Assembly (NCBI GenBank): GCA_036172245.1
Contig: JAYWIR010000037.1
Span: forward strand, 1,984,001 to 2,048,000
Length of the DNA stretch: 64,000 nt
Direction of reading: 5' to 3'
Source of the DNA: Raillietiella orientalis
Taxonomy: Eukaryota
Shown: positions 13,286-26,330 of the stretch, one piece after another
How positions within the stretch are numbered: position 1 is the first letter of the stretch
Layout: each line of letters starts with the position of its first letter
Made by a program: the position numbers and the translations under genes
Notes under the pieces: model-generated
What the model saw: only the letters and a program-made list of their open reading frames with translations
Database searches by the model: none
Told to the model about the DNA's origin: nothing

Positions 13286-13447
13286 CTGTTACCGTGGCGG
13301 AGTAGCTGTCATTCCGTTCAAGATATTCTATTTTCTTTTCCAAATAGACGGACGAAAGGTACGAAGGATGAGCACTCAGCAACTCTATTGCCTTGTCAAC
13401 GATCCCTTCTTGGAGAACTGACTTCTGATCACTCAGAAAAAACACTC
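13286..13447 (-). CDS. Second kainate-like iGluR (paralog), exon 2: GVFFLSDQKSVLQEGIVDKAIELL...IEYLERNDSYSATVT
   Basis: atttcAG / GTAGCG on the - strand; 162 nt, phase 1-1, same size as exon 2 of the + gene and alignable to it (DQK, IxY, DS). Confidence 0.8.
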
Positions 13448-15189
13448 CTGAAATGAGAATGCAGTGTGATTGATGCGAGTTCGAAACTCAAACGTCCATC
13501 TGCATTGCATCAACATGTAGTTCATTTCCTGTTGCTCCGAGAGATGATAAACCCTGAATTCTGAGGCAAGAAGGCTCCTAGTCCAAGCATTCATGACTCA
13601 ATGGAAAACTATTTGCTTTATAGAGGCAGATAGCTTTCCTCATGATGCTGAGGATAATAAAAAACCACATCGGACTTGGAGCATCGATTTAACTTAATGA
13701 AAACATAGTCGGCGTGGGTGTTGGCGTGCACAGGCACGTAAACACTACACGCGCGTGACCGAAGAGTTACGACTGACGCGGCCGTCGCGTATCATCCAGA
13801 AAAATCTGCAGCTCCAAGGGCGAGCGAACGTACGAAGCTTCAGGCTGCTCCCTCGTCACAGGGATCGTACACTCAGCTGACAACTCCAAGGAGCCCTGCA
13901 CGCGTCCTTTACCTGCGCAAAAGAAGGCTGGAGACTTGGCGCCAGCGGAGATGCGTGCGGTGCACCCGAGGAGAGCAGGCGGGGGAGAAATTTCAAGCGA
14001 CCGAGCGAACCACAGGGTTCTTTTGAAGAACGAGAAGGGAAGATGAAACAGGAGGCGGGCACCTGAAGGTCGAGGGAACGCGCAATCCGCTCCTCAGGGA
14101 GCGGAACAAGCAGGACAGGAATGCGAGGAGACGCGCGCAAGGGGTCCGGTGCTCGTGGAGCCAGAAACCCTGCTGGTTCGCCTCGCGTCTTGCCGCCAGT
14201 AAGACATGGGCGCCGCGAAGCAGGACCGTGTCTGGCAGGGAAAGCGCTGCGGGACGCCCTCTCAGCATGTTCGATTGGAAACAGGCACGTCCCAAAGGAA
14301 AGCGCACGGTGCGCAAGAGGAGGCGACCCAGAGGGTTCGAGATAGGACCGGAACATGGCCAGGAAGATGGAAGTGGCCTCGTCCCGACGCGAGCGTGTCG
14401 AAGCGACACGGCTCGAGAAATCGCATACTCAGTGAAAAGCACGTGGCCGGGAGCGCTCAAGGCAGCTTTCAGCTCTTGCGGCTGAGACCAGAGCCCGAGG
14501 GCACCTGCCCGTATGTGTTTATTTAGGTTTATCTCTAAATATACTGCTTTCGGAGCAAGCAGATCTTAAAGGAGTCAATTTCAAGATGCCGGGTGGCTTA
14601 GTTAGGGAGAGGGCGTTCCATTCTCAGGATCTTTCTCGAAATTTTGAGAAAGAGCGATTCTTCAGCAGCATGGAAAGTGCCTCCTCATGAGCTCTGGATT
14701 ATTTTCATCAGTAATTCCGAGATAGGAGCGAAGCATGGCGAAGATGAAAATGGACTCAGTTCTTCCATTGCACTGATTATTGTGCTTCAGCAGAGACAAC
14801 TGCAATCACTAGCTTCATATTTAAGGTGCTGCTTTCCTTTGAGTCTGTCTCTGAAGTGTGAGTCATCCCTGCTCCGTACGGAAGAATGCATTTGTGGATT
14901 GTTTTGGGGTGATGGCATCTCCTACAGAGACAAACAGGATTTCATCTCCCCTTCCTCCTCATGAGAATTTCAGTGCTTCTTCACAACACAGTTGTAATTT
15001 TGAATAAATTATAAGTTCTTGGGAACGGCAAAGTGCTAGTCAACCACATCCGAGTCCCAGAGGAAAACGAATGGTTAGATCCCTTGTGACCTCTGTGGAG
15101 GAGAATTCTTACAACTCAATAACCAGCAGGAATGTCATGCGTGTCTATTGCAACTAGACTTGGTATTCGGAATCAGATGAATCTGACAC

Positions 15190-15277
15190 CTGCCTTGCCA
15201 ATGTGATGGGTGCCACTGATGCATACTTCAAGAAGATGCTCGTGCAATGTGGAGAGAAGAAACGAGACGAAGATCAT
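15190..15277 (-). CDS. Candidate exon 1 (signal peptide) of the paralog: MIFVSFLLSTLHEHLLEVCISGTHHIG(KA)
   Basis: Hydrophobic N-terminus ending ...HIG, like ...KIG of the + gene; phase-1 donors after 15190 (GT) or 15199 (GC); correct position upstream of exon 2. Confidence 0.45.
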
Positions 15278-15711
15278 CGGAAGAGATTGGAACCTGTTTT
15301 TCGCCTCTTTTGTTACTGAGTGCAGCAGAGGAGAGTCGAGCCGTCTTCTTGTGTAAAGTTTGCGCCAACGGATAGCGCTGCTCATTTGAATTTGAAAGCA
15401 AAACACAAATGGTCAAAGTGCAGTGCTGGACACGGGCGTCAATCCCGGATACTTTGGAGCAAGAAGGAGGAGCAAGACGTGCCCTCTAAAATTTCTTGAA
15501 GTTGTTATTAAGGTTTTAAATATGTGGATAACTGATAAAAATTTGCCATTTCATCAATACTTGGATCGATGAAATCAGAGAGCATCTGCATAGAGTGAAA
15601 AAAAAAAAAATTCCAAACACCAAGGAATTGGCATTCGTTGTTTATGAAATCGTGGTTTCCCTCAAGCTTCTGCCCACTACTGGTATGAAGATTTCGTCCA
15701 AGACCCTCTTA

Positions 15712-16651
15712 AAACGAGGAGGGTACGCTCCGCGTTATACGAATCCGCGCCACATGAAGTCGCGTTATACGAGCGCTGCGGATTGTACAACGCGGTAAAT
15801 TAGCCCCGTACAGCGCTGTCGGTACACTTTAATTCCGTGATGTGGTGTGGATTCAGGTATTCTAAACAAAAACACGAACACATGACGCAGGAAGGTTGGA
15901 TTCTACTTTGTTTCAAACTTGCGTGAGGAAAATGGCGCAACAAGATACGTTTTTCAACAGTGAGAAGATGGGGCTGAAATGGTAAAATTGTTCAAATGGA
16001 TGCGGCATCAACGACACCCTCGAAGCTGTCTTTTCTTCGCTTTCCCTTTTTTGTACTTTACGTCAACCCTTTGAGTGTTGTGGACGCATAGATGCTCCCG
16101 AAGGAAGCCATCAGCATGGCGTTTACGCATGCGTTTGGCAAATTGCACGCGCAGCATAATTTAACACTGCCAATGTTTGAGATGGACATTCTTATCATCC
16201 CCTTGGCAACGACAGTAAACAAAATTCTGCTTGTATATCGGCCAACGATTCTCGGTTTCTCTCGGTGTTCGTACAGAATTTCTTATACCGTTTTTCATCT
16301 TTGTGATATCTTGAAAATGTGAATGGATCAACATTTTTTAAATAAATAATGATACATGTTTGGGGAAAATGAAAATACTTCATTTAATGTGGTGTTAAAT
16401 AAAAACAATTACGATATTGACTTTAATCTGCACTCTATGTAGTCAGTCGGCACCTCTGATAGAGCACGCGGTACGCGAAGAAGCGTTCCGTCCAACTGCG
16501 ATTCGCGTGCCGCCGTCAGCACGGAACGCTTCAATCGGATGGACTTCACACCCAAAGGGTTAAATGAGTTTCCCTCTGTGTCAAATACCGATATGCTAAC
16601 CATGTATAACCCATAGGAATCGTATAACGCGGAACGTGTACGGGGTCTGCT
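15712..16651. mobile_element. Probable non-autonomous TIR DNA transposon (Tc1/pogo-like termini), degenerate
   Basis: tccgcgttatacgaatcc at about 15729-15746 is inverted at ggaatcgtataacgcgga about 16616-16633; no intact transposase and no clear TA TSD. Confidence 0.4.
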
Positions 16652-17569
16652 GCATTTATGAAAGGTACAAACTGTGTACCAAACGTTATCACAGCAGAAT
16701 ATTGATGATTTCATTTTGAAACAGCCTCTAGCCTCCTGAGATGATGTGTTGGCATTACATGCTTGGCTTGCAATACGGCTGTACCAATGCCATGCCGCAG
16801 AGCGGAAATAAAAATCCGCAGAGCGGTACGGGGCTAACCGGTGGCCATTCTTAAGCTGCGGTATGCAGGTGCGCGTGACACGGGGGGATCTGCTGCATTT
16901 TCCTCTTGGCAGCCTGAGCAGGAAGATGGTGGTCGCGAGAACTTTCTCATTTTAGGCTTCGAGGGCGCCCCAGGCTGTCCTCCCCATTCCATTTTCAGAG
17001 GGACAGCGAGCGATGCCTCCGAGCGAACGCGCGGTGCAGCCGACCGTGGGCTTCCTGCCTGACCCCGTGGTGCCCCCCGGGAACTTTTTCGTGATGCACC
17101 ATGGACGCCGCTCTTCCGCCTGTCGTCTGCGTTGCGGAGGAACCTTCCGCCTCGGGCGGGTGGGCCGGGGTGGCCACTTTCGTGCATGATGGTTGGCGCG
17201 CGCAGGCGACTCGTCTCTGGTCTCGAGTGACCCCAAGGAACCCTTCTCTCCACTCCACTCCTACAGAATTTCCGGGCGCGCGGGATGCGGGCTCACCTTC
17301 GCCGGTCCAGATGCGCGGTTGGACCTGGACGGCGCCAGTGGCATCGCCGTTCAGTCGCAAAGAGGTCGCCCCTCGATTGACTCGGGAGCGAGCCGTCTCA
17401 GAGGAACCTGAAGGGAAGCCGGGCAGCCCGAGTCCCGACGCGCGCTACCTTCCCCGAAGTCAGGCGGGCGCGGTGCCAATAGGCAGTACCGGGAAGAGCA
17501 GCAGCTGCAACCCGCATCGGGCGCCATGGGTAGAGAGCTCTCCCTACACCCCTCCAGCACTCGCGTCGG

Positions 17570-18265
17570 AGGACATGTGACTACGGTCCTCGCGCGTGGT
17601 GCCAAGCTTTTCGGGTTCGAATCCTGCCCGGGGAAGGATCGACGCCAGAGAAATGGGAATGCATCGTGGGTTTCGAGTTCCCCCCGCAAGATGGCGCTGG
17701 TTGATCTATTCGGGTGCAGCACTGGTGGAAGCCGGATACCCCCCCTTGACTGGATGGGATTGGAAGTTAACCCTCTGTGTCCTTCGGGATTCCCCTCCGT
17801 CTGTGAAAGTGGATCCTCTTCTTCGTTGGGGGGCCTCCATCTCGTACCATGGAGCTGATGGATCGATACCTCTCCAGAGTGTGGAGAAGTGAGCTGCTTT
17901 GGGGTTCTCTTCAGAGGAAGAAACAAGAAGCGGTTCCCTTCTGGGTTCCTCCCCGTAGAAGAAACAATGGAGTGGACCTCTCCTGGGGTCCCTCCGGAGG
18001 GAATAAGGAAGAGGCTTCCTTCGGGGTTCCCTCCCAAGAGTAAGGGGAACGGATTCTTCCTCTGGAACCCTTCCTGGATCAGGAGGTGGTTCCCTTCCGG
18101 AGTAGCCCCCATTTTGAAGAGTTGACACGCACCCTCGGGAGGCGTGGGACAACGCCAAGGAGCTTCGTGAGCCGCCTCCAGGATGCGACGGTCCGTGAGG
18201 CACTTGGTGAACCAAGAAGAAAGCTAGAAGGAAAGTCGCGAGGACAGAAAAGGACTCAGAAGGAT
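17570..18265 (+). mobile_element. tRNA-headed SINE-like repeat, copy C
   Basis: gcgtggtgccaagc...gggttcgaatcc, gatacctctccagagtg, gaagagttgacacgcaccctcgg, tail gaaagctagaaggaaag. Confidence 0.8.
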
Positions 18266-20899
18266 TTCCAGCATCCCGGGCGAGTTTCCCTTCCCCCCAC
18301 CCTTCAGTGGGTGGGGAGTTCGCGCTCGCGAGGGAGCGTCCGATCAAAAGCAAGCTCTTCCTTGGTGAGACCCTCATGATTTCTTCCCCGAGAACAAGGC
18401 GGGATCTCGCTTGGCTGTTCCCCGGGCAGGCCGATGCCGGAACCCCCTGTTCCAGGGAGTGTCGAGAACGTCCCTGTTATTTTTTATCCTGTCCTCCCGG
18501 AGTTCCCGCGGATCCCGCAGACGGACCAGAGAAGGAACGTTCATGGATTCCTTGGGATCTCCGGCCCGGGATCTTTCTGGTGCAGCGGGCTCAGTGAGGG
18601 AAGGAGAGGCGCAGAGGAAGAAGGAGCATTTCGGTCCATGGGAGCAGCCTCGTTTCCACGGCGATCTCTCCCCCCTCCTCCTCTTAGGACACTGCGCGCG
18701 ACTTTCCGGCGGAGGCGCACTGATTCTCCCACTGCAGTCTCCCAGTCTTCGTCCCTCCGCCTCTCCCCTCCCCTCCCTGGCGGCGCCTCGTGGTATCTTC
18801 GCCCTCCAGGAGTCCCGGGCTTCCCTTGCCTGTGGACGGGCATGAGAGGGCGGAGGGAACGCGCGGCGAATGATCAACCTGCCTCTTGTGGGAAGGCCCG
18901 GCCGGGCATAGGGAGGCGAATCTCGCTCTGGATGAACGACTCTGGCCGGCAGGAGTGCCACCGCGTTGGAAAATGCCAGCACAGCCTCGAGTGGTGAAGG
19001 CACTTCCGGCGCCACGAATCAGTGGGGATCGTGCCTCTCCACCAGGGTGCTGCAGATCCATCCGAGGGACGCCCTGCTCCGGGAGAGGAAGCTGAGCGGG
19101 ATCTCCTGCTCCGGAGTCTGCCGACCGCCCCTACTGCTCCTGCCGACGAGCCTCCCGTGGGATCCCGACCTCTCCCCCTTTGCTAGTCAACCGCACCACT
19201 CCCTAGCTCCTCCCCCCGCTACCATCTCCCCGGCCGGGGACGAAACTCTCTTGGGAAAGGAAGCGGCGCAGAGGGGAAGCTTCCTCCCCTTCCGGACGTG
19301 GCAGTCCAAGGAGCTCCCCCCCTTCCTGAGGGATCCGTGCCATCCGGAAGCGCCGCTTTTCCCCCGCTGCGCTTCCTGGGGAATCGCGGGGGGAGGGGGA
19401 GTGGTTAAGGGAGCAGCGATGCGTCTCCTTTATTTCCTACCGGCGCGACTTCCTTTCCTTTCTCCCTTTTTTTCCCGGGGACGAGGCGCAGCGCGCAGGG
19501 GTGAGAAGGGGGAGGGAGGCGAGAGCGAGCAGGGAGCTGCTTTTTCCCGCCTTGCTCGCTTCAGCCCCCTCCGTTTCCCCTTTCGCTTGCCCGACTAGCC
19601 CCCCTCGGCTCTCCCTTCGCACCCCCGGCGCCCCAGCGGAAGCGTACTCGGGATCGCCAATCCAGTGGGGAAGCTTTCGGGAATTCTCGGGATGGGAAAA
19701 CGAAAAAGAGCGAGAGAGAGGGTGGAGGGATGCGGAAAAAGGGGATGGGGAGGGAACCCTCCTGGTTCGTGTTCGTTCCCTCAAGCCGCTCCCTGTGGGG
19801 GAATGGGGTGATCCTGGTAGGGAAGGACTGAGTTGGGTGTTCCTCCTGCACCATCCCCTCTCTCCGACGCGCACCCGCGGTAGTATCTGGGAAGAGCCTC
19901 TTACCTTCCTTCCTCACCCGGGGAGATAGAGGATCGTGGACCTTTGGGAAGCTGCACGGACCTGTGGTATTCAGGCTAGGGGAGGGAAAGTGAAAGCATA
20001 CCTTGGAGACTCCTCCGCAGTCTCCTCTCACGGAACTCCCCCAACTCCTCTCTCTCGGCTCCTTTGTCAGCCGGAGGGAGGGTGGGAGTGAGGGTCGGTT
20101 TCCGTGGAGACTTCGCCCTAGTAGAGCGTGAGACCAGAGTCTTCATGCCCACGCTTACGGTCTCTCCTGTCTCTATCCTCGGATCCACTCGGTGGACCAG
20201 CGCCCACCGAGTGGTCCACCCTTTCTCGCTTGCTCATACACTCGTCTCTGCTCGAGGGAGGGAAGAAGAGGAATGATGCTCCATGACTCTCGCACAGCTT
20301 CTGTTCTGGGACCAGGACCCCGGCCGACTTGCTTCACGACCAGGCTCCCGTCCTCTCCATGGAGACCTCGTTTCTCCTTTTTTCCTTCACCTTGTCCTTC
20401 CTAGCATCGCATCCAGCATCCCCAGATAACTCCTGCATGGGAAGCTCTCACCTTTCCCCGAGCTCACCCTCCATTCCTGCTTCAGAAAGAGGGTTCATCT
20501 GAGAGCACCTCGTAGTCTCTTGATCGTAGGAGTCCGAACCTGTGACTCTTCTTCCATCCCGGAAAAAATCAGGGGATTTTGGGGAGGAAGTCAAGGAGTA
20601 GGAAGGGTTAGGGAGATAAACCAGGGGATTATCGGGACAACGCCTCTTGGTCTGCATCGGTGGGCAAGGACGACGCTCCCGGCAACGCTCGGTTCCCAGC
20701 CTGCGTTTAGCGGTTCCTCTTCCAATCTCATTCTTACTTCGTTTTCTGCTCCCCTCCCATTTTTCTTCTTCTCTCCCTCTTGCTCCCACGAGAGAAACGA
20801 GCGCCACGTCTCCTATTCCACAACACCTTCACCACCACCACCACCCCTTTCCTTCTTCCATCAACCGGTCTAGCTGCTCCGGGTCATTTCCCGTCCCTT

Positions 20900-22030
20900 C
20901 AGATGATTCCCTCTGAGGAAATCATCAGAATGCAGCTCTCCGGGCAATTTTACGAAGACCCATAGGCTCCTGTCGGGACGCTGTCATCCCTCAGAGGGTA
21001 GGTGGGCCCGTCGAAGATTCACCTTCCGAGAAGACCCTTCGACAGGGGCGGAGCTTCCCCGTCTACAGGCATGTCACGCGATGGATATTCGGGGGCAGTT
21101 GCCACATTAAGGCTCTGTTTGACTCTCAAAGTTTCAATTGGAGGTGACTCTTCGAGAGAGTGTTCTGTCTCCCCTGTCTTCTTGGAGGCAAACCCACCCA
21201 AGACGCCTCGTAGGAAGCACGGTCCCGAATGTGTTCCCGTTCGATCCGAGAACGGCAGCTCCCTCTCCGGCCACGCGAGTTCATCCCACTTTTCGAGATG
21301 GCTCCTCGAGCAAACAGGAACATGGAGATCGTGCTGCCAACGAAAACAGAAGCGAGACCTGAGGATCGAACGAGAAGAAGTCAGCTCTTCTCTTCGGTCC
21401 CACACACTCGGGGTCAGCAAGGTCTCAGGACAAATCCATTCCTCATGGGAGCGAGAAAGTTCCAAGCGAGTGGGCACCGGGGCGACACAGAACTTCTCTT
21501 CCGCTGCTGACCACAGACGATCTGTGGGTGGTTCCTTCCCTAACCCATGGGAGACCATCTAACGGAGTCCAGCACAGGGTTTCCAGCAGAATGTGCAGCA
21601 ATCAGCTCGCGTACTCCGAACTACGGGATCCTTGGGGCTAAGTGACTTGCGAGGAAGGGTTCTTTGGGAACTCTTTGAGTTGTGAGGACTGCTGGCTCTC
21701 GATGGCTACAATGATTCGTCCGAGGTAAGGAATGGGGGAAGAGAGTTCCCACTTTCCTGTGACTAAGAAAAAAGAGTTTTCCACCAGGTGATGGGGACAG
21801 ATTCGCCGCCACTGTGGCCATCCTCTTCACTCCATCTTATGGACCAGCCTGTGCATCTAGCATCTTCCGAGTGCTGGAACCCAATATCTCTTTCCTCAGA
21901 AAGAGATGTCTCAGTTCTCAGGCAAGAAATCTTCAGCTCTTGAACACCTCGTGTATTCTTGCATATCGGGATTCTGATACAGAACCCAGAGGTTGGGGCA
22001 CTCTTCCACTTCCCCCGATGAAGGAAACAT
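20900..22030 (-). mobile_element. Possible highly decayed R2/RLE-like retrotransposon fragment
   Basis: Weak - strand motifs (LKL*ESN...LP...CRR....ES) resembling the thumb/zinc-knuckle region; many stops. Confidence 0.25.
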
Positions 22031-24021
22031 CAATGGCATGGATGTCCAAGAACTGATACCAATGAATGCGAAACACGAATGGAAAACGAATCCAAAAACC
22101 CACGCTTAGTGCAAGGACATGGACAAAACACGGAGGTAAGGATGATTAGGACTGTGAAGACGAGACTTTCCTCTTCTTTCTAAGTGACAGTTTCGTCTAC
22201 TCAACAAACGGAGTCGGTCCTCGATATCTGCCCTTCTTCAACTGCCTAAATTCTTACATAGCTTCAGGGAAACTCTCGAAAGGGCGGTTGAACCCAGCAT
22301 GGCTCGCGCCTCTCCCTGGAGCCCCGAATTGACTCCAACCAGTCCCACCTTTGATCGAGGTAAACACAGCAACAAACGATTCCCTGTATTCGTCCTACCT
22401 GAGGATGCCTAAAACTGCGAACAGCCGCCGAAGACCTCACCCTACCTACCAGCAGGAGCAGCGGCTGCCAAGGAACGAATGCCTCAAAAGAGGGGAGGGA
22501 ACCAGCTCTTCGTGCTTCACCCTGACGACCGCTTGCTTTCAAGCGGTCGTCGTTGCTTTCAACAGAGCCAAAAAGCTGAGAGCCTCGCGCGTTTCGGGAA
22601 CGGACATCCAGACTGGAGGGAAGAGCACAGGGGTCGGCCTTAACGTGGAACCTGGAAATTTTCGACCCCCCACACAGAGAAGAGCAGCAGACAGTTGAAA
22701 GAGTAAATCAAACGCAGAGATAGCTTGGAAAATCCGTTTACTGGAGCCACGCGTCAGAGAAACAACGCGAGGATAAATCCGAAGCCGACGATCAGCTGCC
22801 TAAACCGAGAAAATTGGGATGCAGCGATGCGTGACGCGATGGCCCTTCCTTGTTGGGAACACGTGCTGAGCAGGAATTTATATGCTACCCAGATACAGAT
22901 GATTGAGATCGCTAGAGAACGCATAATCTGATAAGTCGTGCTAAGATTCCTTCATTATTCGCAGCATTAAGAACCACTTCGTGCGCTTTCTGATGATCCG
23001 AGATGGATGAGACGGAAGAGGTGATCCAGGTCCATGTACATTCACTCACGCTAATTGGTAGAGCTTCTCGGTGAGGAGAAAAAGAGATAAACGTGAAAAT
23101 TTCTGCGGATTCGAAACCAAGAGCTGGCGGCAGCTTTGTCGTTTGGCGTTTTATCCACGGTTCAGGACTTGGGTCTTAACCTGGCTGCAGTCCGTGAAAC
23201 ACGCTGGCTGCAGGCACCTGTGCGGTTCTTCGTTACAGGAGGCTTTTGCCTGAGGAGAGCGTTTTGGAGGTCCCTTCTGGAAAGAAGGGGAGGGTTCCAG
23301 CTGTGAAGATGCTAGAGTTCGATCTCTGAGCAGTATTTGACTCTGGGATCCTGCGAGCGAATCTACAAGAAATAGGATCGACAAGAGCTGTAGGACAGCA
23401 GTCCACTTCCGCATGAAGCCTGCAGGCACGGAGAACTCTCTCAGGAGTGCCATGTTGGTCCGTGGACACATCAGCAGCCTAAGTGCTCTCGCGAGTTCTA
23501 GGTGCGCTCTGAATGACGAGCCTGAAGAGCAGAACGCGATATGGCATCTGGGGAGGATGGAGGAAGGTGACAGTTGGGAGGAATCTCGCAAGATTCAAAT
23601 TCCTCGTTGGATGTGATATGGAAGAGCCAGGAGATTGATTACATCCATGGCAAGCAGCCAGGGATGTCGCTACCACAAATTTGTTCACCAAAGAATTTCC
23701 GATAGATGCTGATTCAGGGTCTTGGAATCTCCATGGAGTTCCCATGCACTCCAAGTAAGCGGTTTGTCAACTCAGAGGGTGTCAACTCTGAGCGTGGGGA
23801 ATGTTCTTTTAAAACTCGGGGTTCTAAGCGGAAGTGCGCTTCTAGGGAAGCAGGACCAGTTCTTTGGGTGTCTCCACAGAAGTTCCAGGAGCAGCGGGAA
23901 AAAGGAGGCATCGCAGGTACCCTGAGTATCCTGCAGAAGAAGCTGGCTCGCTCGCAGGGGCGAAGGACAAAAAAAAGAGCATCACATGCTAGGACTGTTT
24001 TCCAGCAACTTCCGCTCTAGA

Positions 24022-24695
24022 GACCGCGTGGCAACGGGTCTCCTCGCGGGGGGCCAAGCGTTGCATGTTCGAATCCCCACGTGGAGGATCGACGCCGAGA
24101 AATAGGTGCGTCGTGGGTATCGTGATCGTGCAAGATAACTCTGGTTGGTCTATAAACTTCGGGTGCGGCACTGGTGGAGGTCGGAAACCGGATGCCCCCG
24201 GTGAGCGGCCGAGATTTAAAGTTGATCCTCCGGGATCCTTCCAGGAATCATAATTAAAGAGTCGGTTCCCTTCGGGGTTCTCCTGCATCTCGTACCATGG
24301 AGATGGCGGATTGATACCTCTCCAGAGTGCCAAGAAGTGTGCTGCTCTTTTCGGGAAGCGACACTTCAGAGAAATCAGGAAGCGTCCCTTCTGGGTTCTC
24401 TTCAGAGGAGTAACAAGGATAGGTTCCCTTGTGGATTCCCTCCGGAGAAGAAATTTCAAGAGAGGATCTTTTCCAGGTTCCCCTCGGAGAAAAAATAATG
24501 GAGTGTCCCCCTCCAATATTTCTTCTCCGAAGGGAGCCCCGGCTTGAAGAGTTACTACACGCACCCTCGGATGGGGTGGAACAGGCTTCGTGAGCTGAGC
24601 GAATGGTTCTCCAGCACTTAGCAAACCAAAAACCAAAAAAAAAAAAGAAGAAAAAGCTGGAAGGAAAACAGTGGAAACAGAAAAGAACCCGAAGT
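24022..24695 (+). mobile_element. tRNA-headed SINE-like repeat, copy D
   Basis: gaccgcgtggca...gttcgaatccccacgtggaggatcgacg; same body; A-rich tail at 24622-24690. Confidence 0.8.
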
Positions 24696-25794
24696 TCCCA
24701 GGAAAGCAGGATTTATGTCTCCCTTCCAAAGATGTGGCCCCGTACGTACATGACCTTTCGTGTTCTTCGCGTGAATGCCTCGAGCATTTGTGTGACGTGA
24801 AAAGGTCGCAACGATTAGCGCGATCCTCGTAACTCGAATGGGTCGGCTCAGGCAGCACTTTCGAGTCCGAAGCCGGGTTCAAAGTGCACGAAGCCGACAA
24901 GCGGATCAGCGAATTGCAAGTCGAAAAGGCAGGCTCACCCATTTTCATTGTGGGCAGCATCCTGGTAGACTCCACCATCAGAAGCATCGGGCACGTGCTG
25001 AGAAAATGTAGCAGCGTCATTCCCTCCTGATTTCGCAGCTGCAATTCAGTTGAAGCAGTCTTTGGACCAAAAGCAAAGTAGCAGCATGAGACGTTTAGAA
25101 ACAACGAATTCCTATGCAATTTATGATCCCCTTTTCTCCAGATCTGTGCAAAGAGGAACGGTTTCTCTCAGCAGCTGAAATAAGGATGAATTGGCCTTTC
25201 CACCAGAGAGGAGAGTTCCTCACCCAACTGCCCAGAATTCCCTATGTCTCATTCATCAGCAAGCACAGACACGGGAGAGCCCCTTGATCTGTCAGAACGC
25301 AAACGGATGACCTAAAAGTAAATCATCGGGCGTCTGACCACCATCATTCCATTGATGAACAACAGATAAATTCGTTGCTCAGTTGGAGCGACTTATCACA
25401 AAGGAACGGCATTCACAAAAAAAGAAACTGCCCCTGTTCGAATCTTGCTGATTTGAAAGAACTTGCAATAGGGGTTGGATGGGCCGAACTGCTGATTTTT
25501 GCTTCCGATCCCACTGATGAGGATTTTTGAAAAATGGCCGATCTCACCTATTTCGTGTTTCTGAAAAATTTCAAACTCTTCTTCTTTTGCACCCTCCTGC
25601 AAAGACTGTTTCATCATTCCAACGGCGCATTTCATCAGGACTCACTCTCTGAAGATGAAGGTAGCTCCGTGCGGTTTTCGAACTCACAACCCTCTTCTTC
25701 CTCCCAAAGGCACTTCCCCAAAGCGTCTACAAACTCCCCCGTTTGTCTTCTAACACTTTTTAAGTGTTGTGGTCCTTTTGTGGAATCCAAAGCT

Positions 25795-26330
25795 CTTCTC
25801 TCATTGTTCAAGAATACAATTTAGTAATGCATCACAGGGGGGTCTTTTTCTTTCGGTTTCAGCTCAGCTGTCTATCTGGAGCGCTTACTGCCCCTTATTC
25901 TGTTGTGTTTTCAGCATCGTGTCCTCCGTCTCGCAAGAGTGGATCGCTGGTTTTTTTCAGCTGCAAATAGGTTTCGGTCTCCTTTGGTATTCTTCCTGTG
26001 GTGTGTGTCGCGTAGATGCTCCTGGAGTATCGGATGCACGAGGTCATCATACGGTGCCTCATCCTCTCCGAGTGTTTCCTAGGGACTCCCAAGATCGCAG
26101 AGCAAGTCTTCATTTTCTGGATTCCAGTCTCCTAGTGAAGGAAGGGAAGCAGTGCAGGGTTCACTGCTTCCCTTCCTTGTTTAGCTGGAGGGCCACTTTG
26201 TATTTCTCCACCATGTTTCTCCTGACTGTGCTGAACATCTCTCTTCCACCCTCGAACGGGCAGCAGACGTCCAGCACTATAGGGTGATTACCCTTCTGTA
26301 GTACCAGGGCCTGCGAATGTACTTCGCGCT
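25795..26330 (-). mobile_element. Second remnant of the same RLE non-LTR family (3' end)
   Basis: The - strand reads [21 protein letters not shown]...EKYK; 3' UTR (ccagcgatc...ccccctgt...taaattgt...aacaat) is homologous to 33790-33945. Confidence 0.75.

Noticed and set aside
18300..20400. Dense overlapping ORFs in a GC-rich block
   Set aside because: Low-complexity Pro/Arg/Ser translations on both strands reflect base composition; no domain or splice structure recognised
23200..23930. Possible RT N-terminal remnant on the - strand
   Set aside because: Motif similarity is too faint to support by eye; needs a profile HMM search
24022..24090. Repeat head read as a true tRNA gene or an HDV-like ribozyme (TCCTCGC motif)
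   Set aside because: The anticodon and D arms do not fold consistently and the head is fused to a repeat body; the bases flanking TCCTCGC do not form the P3 stem
23989..25119. Longest ORF in the track (376 aa, - strand), and similar ORFs at 49275-50186 and 17351-18112
   Set aside because: They run antisense through SINE-like copies; frames are not conserved between copies and no protein motif is present
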